Counted from the first letter of the stretch, positions 48,091 to 57,262 are shown. The stretch: 64,000 nucleotides of DNA from Candidatus Aenigmatarchaeota archaeon (GCA_039000685.1 JAWBNW010000001.1:14655-78654), one strand, 5' to 3'. Numbers and translations: made by a program. Notes: generated from the letters alone by a model not told the origin.

Positions 48091-49545
48091 ATGGTAAAGA
48101 ATGAAATAAGGCTAGAAAGAATCAACGACACAACTTTAAGAGAAGGGGAACAAACACCAGGCGTTCTATTTAAAAGAGAGGAAAGAACAAAAATAGCGGA
48201 AATGTTATCAGATGCTATAGGTAGAAAGTTATTCCTGGAAATTGGTTTTGCGTATAATGAGCTTTTTGCTTCTGGTGTGGCATCTACGATTAAAACCCTG
48301 GGAGAAAGTGGTAGAAAAGTTAAGACATTATTACATGCTAGATGCAGAAGAGAAGATATTGATGTTAGCTATAAATGCGGATCTTGGGGAGTAATAGTTT
48401 ATCTCCCACTTTCTGATGAGCAACTTAAGTTTAAATTGGGTAAATCATATGAATGGGCCTTAGCACAGATAAAAGACGTCATAAGTTATGCAAAGGAGAA
48501 TGTAGGATTTGAATGTGTTGAATATACGCTTGAGGATATGACTGCAGTACCTAGAGACAGAGCTATAGAAGGTGCTAAGACTGCTTTAGAAGCCGGTGCA
48601 GATGTCATAAGGTTGGCAGACACTGCGGCCAGATTTGGTCCAGATGAGTTTGGTGAGGCTGTGAGGAAAATTGTAGAAGCATTGCCAGAAGGAACACAAA
48701 TTGATGTACATTGCCATAATGATAGAGGCTTAGCATTAGCTAATGCTATAGCAGGGCTTAAAGCCGGGGCGACAGGTGTTCATACAACTGTGTTAGGAAT
48801 TGGTGAGAGATGTGGCATTCCTGACCTTATAACTTTAATCGAGAACCTTGAGAGCTTGTACAACATAGAGACTGGTGTGAAGCATGAATTAATTCCTCCT
48901 ATTTATTACTATGTTTCCGCTTGTACAGGAATACCAATACCAAAGAATCATCCAATTATAGGAATTTATGCTAGAACACATAAGGCTGGCACACATCAAG
49001 TCACAGTCTTAAGACAGTTAAAAGAAACAGGGGAAGCAACAACTTATGAGACAATTAATTTCAGCAAGTGGGGGTTGGACAGAGAATTTGAGTTTGGTCC
49101 TATGCAATCAGAAGAACTCACAAAACATTATTTGGAAAGATACGGTCTAGACACGAGTAACTCAAAAGAGATTACAGAGAGAATAAGAAAATATTCTATG
49201 GAAAGAGGAAGGCCGTTGGTTTTGAGAGAATTTAGAGAAATTGTTAAAGAAATAACAGGAAAGGAAATTTTAGTTCCAGCAGGCGAGGAAATGATGATAG
49301 CAATTGTAGGCATGAAGGTAGAGATAGGGGCAGACGAAGTTTCAATGATAAGAGAAATAAATAAAGTATGTTTAAAATACGGTGCTACTAATGAAATTTA
49401 TGAAGTAACGGGTAGTTTTGATTATATATTACATCTCAACAACATCAGAGATATGAATGAAATGAATTCCCTAACCAATGAAATAAGAAAAATAAAAGGA
49501 GTCAGCAGCACGGAGACACATATAGTTTTGGACTATTTCAGGTAG
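48091..49545 (+). CDS. Homocitrate/2-isopropylmalate synthase family (DRE-TIM, HMGL-like) with C-terminal RAM (AsnC/Lrp-type) regulatory domain
   Basis: DTTLREGEQ, HCHNDRGLA and LGIGERCGI catalytic motifs. C-terminal roughly 80 aa ...EVTGSFDYILHLNNIRDMNEMNSLTNEIRKIKGVSSTETHIVL matches the RAM domain. GC-enriched centre. Confidence 0.7.
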   Translation: MVKNEIRLERINDTTLREGEQTPGVLFKREERTKIAEMLSDAIGRKLFLEIGFAYNELFASGVASTIKTLGESGRKVKTLLHARCRREDIDVSYKCGSWGVIVYLPLSDEQLKFKLGKSYEWALAQIKDVISYAKENVGFECVEYTLEDMTAVPRDRAIEGAKTALEAGADVIRLADTAARFGPDEFGEAVRKIVEALPEGTQIDVHCHNDRGLALANAIAGLKAGATGVHTTVLGIGERCGIPDLITLIENLESLYNIETGVKHELIPPIYYYVSACTGIPIPKNHPIIGIYARTHKAGTHQVTVLRQLKETGEATTYETINFSKWGLDREFEFGPMQSEELTKHYLERYGLDTSNSKEITERIRKYSMERGRPLVLREFREIVKEITGKEILVPAGEEMMIAIVGMKVEIGADEVSMIREINKVCLKYGATNEIYEVTGSFDYILHLNNIRDMNEMNSLTNEIRKIKGVSSTETHIVLDYFR

Positions 49546-50373
49546 TCTTCAATTTTTCTATTATTCGATTTGTAAATTCATCAGTACTCATTTGGACGAA
49601 ATTCATGTTTTCATCAATTTTCCCATTTTTATAACTTTCTTTTAAGACCTCATCTGTAATTTCCTCTAGTTTTCTTCCTTTTTCATCCCATCCAAAAGAA
49701 TACAACATCAGACTTAAAGCTCTAATAGCTCCTGAGGGTTAACTCTTTTTGTTTGCCCTCTTTCTATTAAATCGTCTGCCGTGCCATGTACGGGCTCAAA
49801 AATATTTGCTTTTTCACCTATGGCAGCACTCCCCACTGACCAAGGGGGTACAGGTGAAATCGAGGAAGCTAAATCTCCTTGAGAGTTTTCCAACACGATA
49901 ACTTTTTCATTTAAAGTTGCAGGATTTTGTGCGATTTTGTGGAAGCAATCATCCACATTTATTTTTTCTTTTGGAACTAAAGGATAATTTTTTCCAACTT
50001 CATCAAATATTTCATTCCAAAAACCGTCTCCCATTTTTATGACAGTTGGTTTGGAAGCACAAATAACACCAAGCTTATTTCTTTCAGCATACTCGAAGGC
50101 TTTTGAGAAGAAACTTTCCAATTGTTTTCTAGAAAATACTCTTTCTGTGATAACAATTTCATCATCATTAATTTCTATTCTTTCTTTTCCGGAATACAGC
50201 CCTTCTCTACCTTGTCTAAAAATAATAAAATTGTAAGATTCTTTTGACCAAGGAAGACTTTTTATCGGTCTTATGATAGCATTTACTTGGGCAACATCTT
50301 TCATGTAAACTACAGCACTTTTTGACATGTCTTTTGTGTTTATCGGGCCTTTGAATATATTTCTATTTCCATC
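49538..50373 (-). pseudogene. 3-isopropylmalate/homoisocitrate dehydrogenase-like pseudogene, N-terminally truncated and frameshifted near 49730
   Basis: The track ORF 49714..50328 matches the IMDH core. It ends FEPVHGTADDL...NPQELLEL*. The next frame continues GAIARALSLMLYSFGWDEKGRKLEEITDEVLKESY...FTNRIIEKLKTT*, the IMDH C-terminus. The N-terminal GDGIGPE region is absent because the HEN-like ORF occupies that position. Confidence 0.6.
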
Positions 50374-50402
50374 TCAAGATTTTCTATATTGTTCGTGATT
50401 AC

Positions 50403-50900
50403 TTGATTAGACTTAGAACGAAAACATTACCGTTTAATGAATCGTTTGCACGAGAGCTAAAAAGAATTGGTATATCTTCTAAAACTGTATATATTTCAGA
50501 GCGTGGACAATGGAATACATATGTATGTTCCGTCGAGTTTGCTAAATGGTTAAAAAGCCTCTCACTTAAAAATATCGAAGAAATTGTAACGCGAAATAAA
50601 AAGAGTACAATTGCATTCATTAGGGGATTCTACGAAAGTGAAGGTAGCGCAAAAAAGTGGTATAATGTTGTTTATGTTTCAATGGTGAATTCAAAGAGAG
50701 AGTTGATCGAATTGTTAAATAGACTCATAACTACTTTTGGTTTTAAAACAACTATACGTAAGAGATTTGATAAGAGGTATGGTTCTTACATCTACGAACT
50801 TCATATTTTAGGTAGTAGCAAAGAAAAACTTAAATTCCTGGGCTTGATTAACCCATGTATTAAAGCCAACCCAAAGCAATATCCGCTTAAAAATTCTTGA
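50403..50900 (+). CDS. Truncated LAGLIDADG homing-endonuclease-like ORF (free-standing)
   Basis: IAFIRGFYESEGSA (LAGLIDADG-type motif) followed by ...FGFKTTIRKRFDKRYGSYIYELHILGSSKEKLKFLGLI, typical of an HEN domain. The N-terminal part looks like the tail of a first HEN domain. Confidence 0.45.
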   Translation: MIRLRTKTLPFNESFARELKRIGISSKTVYISERGQWNTYVCSVEFAKWLKSLSLKNIEEIVTRNKKSTIAFIRGFYESEGSAKKWYNVVYVSMVNSKRELIELLNRLITTFGFKTTIRKRFDKRYGSYIYELHILGSSKEKLKFLGLINPCIKANPKQYPLKNS

Positions 50901-50912
50901 TATAGATCTTTT

Positions 50913-53900
50913 TTACCTTCTTTGCAAAAGTTGTCTAATTTTTTCAACACACTCAGGATTCATTAAAGTTGTAATATCACCAAGGTCTTCACTTTTCAGT
51001 AATCTTTTTAATACACGTCTGAGAATTTTCCCGCTTCTTGTTTTAGGCAAATCTTGCACATAAACAATCTTTGCAGGCTTTGCTATTGGCCCAATTCTCT
51101 TGGCCACAAGCTCTACCAGCTCAGAAGAAAGCTTTTCACTTGCTTCAAAACCTGCTTTCAAAACAACAAAAGCTATAGGAACTTCACCTTTAATTTCATC
51201 AGGCAATCCAACGACTGCTGACTCAACAACAGCTTCATGTAAGTTCAAAACATCTTCAATTTCAGCATTCGATAAGCGATGACCAGCAACTTTAAGCACA
51301 TCATCTATCCTTCCTGTAATTCTAATCAAACCATTTTCATCCTTCAAAGCTCCGTCTCCTGCGAGGTAAATTTCCTTTCCATACTTGCTGAAGTAAGCTT
51401 CCTCATATTTTTCATGATTTTTGTAAATTCCTCTAAACATACCAGGAGAAAAAGGAGGCAATATAACAAGATTTCCTATTTGGTTCGTTTGACAAGGCTT
51501 TCCTTCTTCATTCAGTATATCAACTTTTACCCCAGGAAAAGGCAAACCAACATGAGCCGGCTTGAAAGGTCCAACTCCTGGCAAAGAAGTTATCAATATG
51601 CCGCCAGTCTCAGTTTGCCACCAAGTGTCAACTATCAAACATCTCTTCTTTCCAATATTCTCAAAATACCATTTCCAAGCACCTTCATCTATTACTTCAC
51701 CAACCGAGCCCAAAAGTCTCAAACTTTTGAACTTATACTTCTTTACAGCTTCTCCACTCAATTTTTCAAACATTCTAATTGCAGTAGGCGCCGTGTAGAA
51801 AATTGTCACCTTATATTTTTCAATTATTTGGGCCCATCTATCTGGGCTTGGAAAATCTAAAGAGCCTTCAAAAATGAGAAAAGTAATACCATTCAACAAA
51901 TTAGCGTAACAATTGTAGGTGTGAGAAGTAATCCAACCTATATCTGCAGTACAATTATGAACTACTAGATTGTTTAAAGTATATGAATTATGCTTAGTTT
52001 TTAAATTCCAAACTAAGCCTTCATAATAAGAAATTTCTTTTTTATTTATCGGAAAGAAAATCAGGTTGGTGGTAATTATTGCCCTCTGCCAACTATAAGT
52101 TTCTTTGGGTTCTTTTAAATTAAATTGAGAATAAAATTTTTGAGCACTTTTACCTGTGATGGCCAATTCATAACTATCTTGGCCACTTTGAATTTTATAC
52201 CCTTCTTGCCTTTTTCTTGTTTTTTCTGCCGGTAAATAAGTAATTGAAGTAACTATACCAAGTTTATTAAGAATCAATTTTATTTGATAAGCTAGTGTAC
52301 GGGAAGCGGTTGTAATTCTTACTCTCCTCCTTCTTCTTAAATCGGTGTTACCATCTCCCAACCAATAACCTTTAATAAATTCCCATAGAAGATCTTTCTC
52401 CAGCGTTAATATCCAATGAGGGAGATGTTTTTCGTAGCTACGATGACCAAAAAGTTTGGAAAAAAATTCAGCCAAGATTACAGAATTTGCACGCGTTTCC
52501 CAACATCCTTTATATTTTAACACTCGAGCTCTTATTCCAAATATTTTTTTAAATAAATTTGCGCTATCTTTGGCAAGCCTCTTTTCTTTCTCTGAAAAGG
52601 TAAGCTGGAGCGTATCTTGAGCAATGCTCCCTTCAGCAATATAATAACCGACAAGTCTTAAAAAGTTGTTATCAATTTTGATCTCATCTTTTATTTTTCC
52701 CTTTTCACCTTTTTTAGGAAGAATGTAGTTATCTTTAGTTTTTCTGTTTTTGACAATGTCCGAGATTTTAATTGTTTTCTTTTTCCATTCCTTAGCTATC
52801 CTTGGAAAAGCAACATAATCCCCAACTTTTAAATCTTTAGCTCTAACCCATTCAGTTATTATAGGCATTCTTTTTTTGAGGACTAAAACTTTATGGTTTG
52901 GAGTCAACTCCACTGGAAGGTTAGTGTAAGAAGTGAATAATCTCACAAGCCCTCCTTTATATTCTCGGACAAAAATCTTTTCAACAGGCATAAATCTTCC
53001 TCGATGGGTAAGAACTTTTTCCCCGATTTTTATATCTTGAATTTCTTTAACTCCAGGATTTGTAACAACTAAACTTCCAGAAGGCACACACCAAAAAACA
53101 TCATCATCATGCCAGTCAAAAATCCATTTTCCAGTCCAATAAGCTTGAACAGTATAACCACCACAGACGTGCATGCAGGGTTTTGGGATACCAGTGCTAC
53201 CACTTGTTGACAAAATAAATAAAACATCTTCTGAATCCATTATTTCAGCTTCACACTCTTCGCTCTCTTTTTCTACAAGCTCGTGCCACCAAAAATCTTG
53301 TCCAGGGTTCCAAGCAATTTGATTCCCAATTCTTTTCACCACAATAATCTTTTTCACACTTGTTTCTTTTACACCCTCATCAGCATTTTCCTTCAAATTT
53401 ATAATTTTCCCCCTTCTGTAGTAGCCGTCAGCTGTTATCAGAAGTTTTGCCTGAGTTATTTGAAGCCTTATTCTTAAAGCCTGAGGAGAGAATGCAGAAA
53501 AAATAACAGTATGAATAGCCCCAATTCTAGCACAAGCAAGCATAGAAATTATGGCTTCTGGAATCATCGGTAAGTAAATTCCAACCACATCTCCCCTCTT
53601 GATCCCAAGCTTTTTCAGAGCATTTGCTGCTTTGTTAACTTGTTTGAAAAGCTCTTCATAAGTTAAAATTCTTGGTTTCTCTTCAACTGGTTCAGGCTCC
53701 CAAATTATAGCCGGTTTGCTCTTGATCTTCTCCCAGTTGATCCTTTTCTCAAAAATGTTTGAAGTTATGTTTATTTTTCCACCCAAAAACCATTTGAAGT
53801 AAGGCGGTGAATGCTCAAAAGCTTTCTCCCACCTCTTGAACCAAAAGAGCTTATCAGCCAAATCTTCCCAAAATTTCACAGGATCTTTATCTGCTTCTTC

Positions 53901-54005
53901 ATAAATTTTCTTGTCGCTAACCCATGCTTTATTCTTCATCTTCCTCGAAGGCCAATAAAGTTCACCTTTCTTTTCAACCCAAGAATTCCCAAAACCAAAA
54001 ATCAT
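50913..54005 (-). CDS. acs: Acetyl-CoA synthetase (AMP-forming) interrupted by a 379-aa intein
   Basis: LSTSGSTGIPKPCMHVCGGY (A3 motif). Extein junction ...DVFW / intein / CTADIGWITSHTY. Extein is 651 aa. Confidence 0.85.
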   Translation of the reverse strand: MIFGFGNSWVEKKGELYWPSRKMKNKAWVSDKKIYEEADKDPVKFWEDLADKLFWFKRWEKAFEHSPPYFKWFLGGKINITSNIFEKRINWEKIKSKPAIIWEPEPVEEKPRILTYEELFKQVNKAANALKKLGIKRGDVVGIYLPMIPEAIISMLACARIGAIHTVIFSAFSPQALRIRLQITQAKLLITADGYYRRGKIINLKENADEGVKETSVKKIIVVKRIGNQIAWNPGQDFWWHELVEKESEECEAEIMDSEDVLFILSTSGSTGIPKPCMHVCGGYTVQAYWTGKWIFDWHDDDVFWCVPSGSLVVTNPGVKEIQDIKIGEKVLTHRGRFMPVEKIFVREYKGGLVRLFTSYTNLPVELTPNHKVLVLKKRMPIITEWVRAKDLKVGDYVAFPRIAKEWKKKTIKISDIVKNRKTKDNYILPKKGEKGKIKDEIKIDNNFLRLVGYYIAEGSIAQDTLQLTFSEKEKRLAKDSANLFKKIFGIRARVLKYKGCWETRANSVILAEFFSKLFGHRSYEKHLPHWILTLEKDLLWEFIKGYWLGDGNTDLRRRRRVRITTASRTLAYQIKLILNKLGIVTSITYLPAEKTRKRQEGYKIQSGQDSYELAITGKSAQKFYSQFNLKEPKETYSWQRAIITTNLIFFPINKKEISYYEGLVWNLKTKHNSYTLNNLVVHNCTADIGWITSHTYNCYANLLNGITFLIFEGSLDFPSPDRWAQIIEKYKVTIFYTAPTAIRMFEKLSGEAVKKYKFKSLRLLGSVGEVIDEGAWKWYFENIGKKRCLIVDTWWQTETGGILITSLPGVGPFKPAHVGLPFPGVKVDILNEEGKPCQTNQIGNLVILPPFSPGMFRGIYKNHEKYEEAYFSKYGKEIYLAGDGALKDENGLIRITGRIDDVLKVAGHRLSNAEIEDVLNLHEAVVESAVVGLPDEIKGEVPIAFVVLKAGFEASEKLSSELVELVAKRIGPIAKPAKIVYVQDLPKTRSGKILRRVLKRLLKSEDLGDITTLMNPECVEKIRQLLQRR
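51954..53090 (-). other. Intein with LAGLIDADG homing endonuclease domain inside acs
   Basis: Starts CVPSGSLVVT and ends LVVHN with +1 Cys. LAGLIDADG motifs LRLVGYYIAEGSI and IKGYWLGDGNTD. Removal restores the conserved YWCTADIGW motif. Confidence 0.8.
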
Positions 54006-54037
54006 ATAGTTTAATTATTCTTTTTATGGTAAAAAAC

Positions 54038-54607
54038 TTACAGTTTAAAGGCTTCTTCAAAAACTTTCTTGTTTGCTTCCAAGAACTGAGGCCTTATCCT
54101 TTGAGAAACAGCTTTCCAAGCATTTTCTTTTCTTATTGGCAAAAGCTTCTTCTTCACAGCATAGCCAAGCATGAAGATGTTGCTCATTGCAGCTTCTCCC
54201 GTGAGCTTTTCTACAATCTCGCTAGCATTCACAGCTTCAACTTTAGCAATTTTCTTCATTTCTTCCAAGATGTTTTTTACATCTGAAATTTCAGCCAAAG
54301 GTTTCGGGCTTAGCAGCTTTTTATCTGTAAGCACAACAGTTCTCTTGTTAGCATAATAACAAGCTCTCCAAGCTTCCAAAACATCTAAGGCTATTATTAA
54401 ATCAGCCCCTGCTTTTCTCACCAAAGGTGAAAAAACTTTTTCTCCAAATCTAACATGACACTGCAGAGCTCCTCCTCTTTGAGAAAGACCATGAACTTCC
54501 ACTGCTTTAACCTCATACCCTTCTTCAATCGCTGCTCTAGCTATTATTTCAGCCAAGCTCAAAACCCCTTGACCACCGTAGCCTGCAACAACCAAATTGA
54601 ATTTCAT
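54038..54607 (-). CDS. iorB: Indolepyruvate (2-oxoacid):ferredoxin oxidoreductase beta/gamma-type subunit
   Basis: MKFNLVVAGYGGQGVLSLAEIIARAA gamma-subunit signature; overlaps iorA by 4 nt. Confidence 0.65.
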   Translation of the reverse strand: MKFNLVVAGYGGQGVLSLAEIIARAAIEEGYEVKAVEVHGLSQRGGALQCHVRFGEKVFSPLVRKAGADLIIALDVLEAWRACYYANKRTVVLTDKKLLSPKPLAEISDVKNILEEMKKIAKVEAVNASEIVEKLTGEAAMSNIFMLGYAVKKKLLPIRKENAWKAVSQRIRPQFLEANKKVFEEAFKL

Positions 54608-56442
54608 TTTTCCACCCTTGATCTAATTCCTTTGAAAATTTGAGTGCAAACACCACAACCCCAGCAAAGATTTTGATCTATGTAAAACTTTTCTTCTTTT
54701 CTTATCGCCGGACAACCAAAAGCTTTTAGTTCTTCAGCTTTTTCTTGATCAGGCTGATCAACAAACTCAAACTTAGGAATTTTTGCTCCACTTCTTGCGA
54801 GCTTCCTCACGGTTTGAAGCCTGCATTCACCTCTTGCAACTATAAGGCTTACCCCCGGCAAAGAATAAAGCTCTTTCGCCACTTTTATGAATTCTTCAAG
54901 ATTGAAAGCATTAACAACTCTAACATTCTCCACACCACAAGCTTCAGCTATATCTTCTATCGCCAAAGCTTTTGTTTCTTCTCCCATTCCAGTCAAGGCA
55001 ATTCCAGGATGGGGTTGATGTCCTGTCATGGCAGTTGTTCTGTTATCGAGAACAACAACAAGCAAATTGCTTTTGTTGTGAACAGCATTTATCAGACCAG
55101 GAATTCCCGCATGGAAGAAAGTTGAGTCACCGATGAAAACAACAGGTTTTTGTTTTATCGCTTTTTCTATTCCTTGAGAAACGCTCATGCTAGCTCCCAT
55201 TGAAATAAAAAAGTCTTGTTGGCTTATAGGAGGAAAAATTCCAAGCATGTAGCATCCTATGTCGCCTGCAAAAACTTTATCAGCACCAACAGCTTGCTTG
55301 ATCGCCCAAAAACTTGCTCTGTGTGGGCAGCCAGGACAAAGTTGGGGAAATCTTTTCTCTATTTTCTCAAGCTCAAACTTGTTTTCCATTTCTTTCGGAA
55401 CTTTTTTCTTGGCAAGCTTAGCCAAAGCTTGAATCACAATTTCTGGTTTGTATTCGCCAGCGAAAGGAAGTAAGCCTTTGCCTAGAACTTTAAGCTTAGG
55501 GTTCACATCTTTCGCTATTTTTTTCACATCTTCTTCAAGAATTGGCTCAAGTTCTTCAACAACCAAAACTTCCTTCAAATTTTTGATGAAGCCTGCTATT
55601 AGCTTTTCTGGCAAAGGATAGCTCATGCTGATCTTGAGCAAAGGAAGTTTTAGCCCAAGCTCTTCCAAAGCTTCCAAAGCGTAATTGAAAGAAACACCAG
55701 AAGCTATTATTCCAAGTTTGCTTTTAGAATTTTTGTTCAAGATGAAGTTGATCTTGCTTTTTTCTCCAAACTCTTTTATTTTTTCCAGCTTTTCATGGAT
55801 TTCAGCATGTGTTTGAATTATTTTTGGAGGATAATTTCTGAAAGCAATGTCCTTAACAAATTTTCCTTCAGCCTTACCTTTCTTTATCTCTCCCAATCCA
55901 ACCAAACTTCTCATATGGCTAACTCGAGTTGTGCTTCTTATGATAAAAGGAATACCAAACTTTTCTGAAAGATCGAAAGCAAGTTTTGTTAAGTCTTTAG
56001 CTTCTTGCGGGTCAGAAGGCTCAAGCAAAGGCAAATGGGCAATTCTTGCAAAAAGCCTACTATCTTGCTCTGATTGAGCTGAGCTCCAGCATCCAGGATC
56101 ATCAGCAACAACTATAACCATGCCTGCTTTAACTCCAGTGTAAGTTAAAGGAAAAACAGAATCGCAGGCAACATTCAGTCCAAAGTCCTTAAAGGAAACG
56201 ATCGACCTTAAGCCTGAAAGAGCAGCACCAGCAGCAACTTCAACCGCAACTTTTTCATTCGTGCTGTATTCAAAGTAAATTCCAACCTGTTTTGCAACTT
56301 CAGCAAAAGTGTCACCAATTTCTGAAGCTGGAGTTCCAGGGTAAGTTGTTGCTACCGCTACACCAGCTTCCAAAGCACCTCTCGCTATAGCTTCATTTCC
56401 CAGCAAGAAAGCCTTTTTTTCTTGTGAAAGAACTTCACTCAT
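54604..56442 (-). CDS. iorA: Indolepyruvate:ferredoxin oxidoreductase alpha subunit (TPP-dependent, with C-terminal 4Fe-4S cluster)
   Basis: LLGNEAIARGALEAGVAVATTYPGTPASEI N-terminus. TPP motif GDIGCYMLG...GDSTFFHAG. C-terminal CPAI...CWGCGVC ferredoxin-like cluster. 612 aa two-subunit architecture. Confidence 0.7.
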   Translation of the reverse strand: MSEVLSQEKKAFLLGNEAIARGALEAGVAVATTYPGTPASEIGDTFAEVAKQVGIYFEYSTNEKVAVEVAAGAALSGLRSIVSFKDFGLNVACDSVFPLTYTGVKAGMVIVVADDPGCWSSAQSEQDSRLFARIAHLPLLEPSDPQEAKDLTKLAFDLSEKFGIPFIIRSTTRVSHMRSLVGLGEIKKGKAEGKFVKDIAFRNYPPKIIQTHAEIHEKLEKIKEFGEKSKINFILNKNSKSKLGIIASGVSFNYALEALEELGLKLPLLKISMSYPLPEKLIAGFIKNLKEVLVVEELEPILEEDVKKIAKDVNPKLKVLGKGLLPFAGEYKPEIVIQALAKLAKKKVPKEMENKFELEKIEKRFPQLCPGCPHRASFWAIKQAVGADKVFAGDIGCYMLGIFPPISQQDFFISMGASMSVSQGIEKAIKQKPVVFIGDSTFFHAGIPGLINAVHNKSNLLVVVLDNRTTAMTGHQPHPGIALTGMGEETKALAIEDIAEACGVENVRVVNAFNLEEFIKVAKELYSLPGVSLIVARGECRLQTVRKLARSGAKIPKFEFVDQPDQEKAEELKAFGCPAIRKEEKFYIDQNLCWGCGVCTQIFKGIRSRVEK

Positions 56443-56517
56443 TTACCCGCCTTTAAACAATTTTGTTCAAGCTCATGTAAATAATTTATTTGTTGTAGAA
56501 CTAAAAGAAACTATTGA

Positions 56518-56533
56518 GCCCCCGTAGCTCAGT
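56518..56533 (+). repeat. 16-nt direct repeat identical to the predicted mature 5' end of the downstream tRNA (GCCCCCGTAGCTCAGT)
   Basis: Exact match to acceptor 5' strand plus D-stem start of the tRNA at 57108, with the 13-nt insert removed. Preceded by an AT-rich promoter-like tract AAATAATTTATT. Confidence 0.45.
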
Positions 56534-56554
56534 CAAGATTTAATTAAAAAACTT

Positions 56555-57112
56555 ATGGAAAAACGTTTAATTTTCGCAAAGGGAAAACAGAGGGAACTTC
56601 TTAAAACAGCTCTTTCAAAATTTAAATTGAATAGAAAAGAATTTGCTAAATCGTTCAACATACCCTTTAAAACTTTTGAAAAATGGTTATATGAAGAAAG
56701 AAGTTTACCTAAGAGTTTTTTTGGCAAGCTGTGCATGAAAGCGCCTGAATTTAAAAACTTCGAAAAGTTTATACAAAATGAAGAAGATCCTAATTGGGGG
56801 CGTAGAAAGGGTGGAAAAATAAATATAAACAGAATTTCGGATTTGAATGTTTATATGAAAAGACTACGTGAAAAATTGCAAATACTTGCTACATTAGGAT
56901 TTAAATTTAGAGTTTCTAGACATAAAGCAAAATGGAGTAAAATTTCAGGTTTATATACGAATCATTTAAGTGAATTTGTTAAATTTTATTCAATAGGAGG
57001 ATTTGTGAAAGGAGTGAAAATATCCAATAAAAGTAAACTTTTTACTGGTATGGAAAAAAATAAATTATTACGCGAAATAATAAGAAACTATCCAAATAGC
57101 CCCCGTAAGTGA
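56555..57112 (+). CDS. Hypothetical protein (185 aa) encoded between the tRNA 5' repeat and the tRNA
   Basis: ORF only. N-terminal region HTH-like (NRKEFAKSFNIPFKTFEKWL). Basic, K/R-rich. Confidence 0.3.
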   Translation: MEKRLIFAKGKQRELLKTALSKFKLNRKEFAKSFNIPFKTFEKWLYEERSLPKSFFGKLCMKAPEFKNFEKFIQNEEDPNWGRRKGGKININRISDLNVYMKRLREKLQILATLGFKFRVSRHKAKWSKISGLYTNHLSEFVKFYSIGGFVKGVKISNKSKLFTGMEKNKLLREIIRNYPNSPRK

Positions 57113-57213
57113 TGGGGAAAGCTCAGTTTGGATAGAGCGGCTATGTAAGAAGCACCGTAAGCCTTCTAAGCAGATGGTCGAGGGTTCGAATCCCTCCGGG
57201 GGCATGCTTATTT
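57108..57213 (+). tRNA. tRNA gene with non-canonical architecture: a 13-nt insertion after nt 9 and an over-long anticodon region with a probable intron. Isotype unresolved.
   Basis: GCCCCCG-TA-[agtgatggggaaa]-GCTC-AGTTTGGATA-GAGC-...-GAGGG-TTCGAAT-CCCTC-CGGGGGC-A. Acceptor, D and T arms are perfect. The 41 nt between D and T arms, against 22-23 expected, do not fold canonically. A T-run follows at 57217-57225. Confidence 0.5.
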
Positions 57214-57262
57214 TTACAATTTCCATCTGGCTTATATAAGCAATCGAAACAAGGCTAAAATC

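Noticed and set aside
51100-51860. Plus-strand ORFs of 60-193 aa within acs and its intein
   Set aside because: Antisense to a conserved gene. The translations are low-complexity.
56518-56533. An independent tRNA gene at the first GCCCCCGTAGCTCAGT
   Set aside because: Only the first 16 nt match a tRNA and the sequence then diverges (CAAGATTTAA...). It is treated as a repeat or att-like scar, not a gene.
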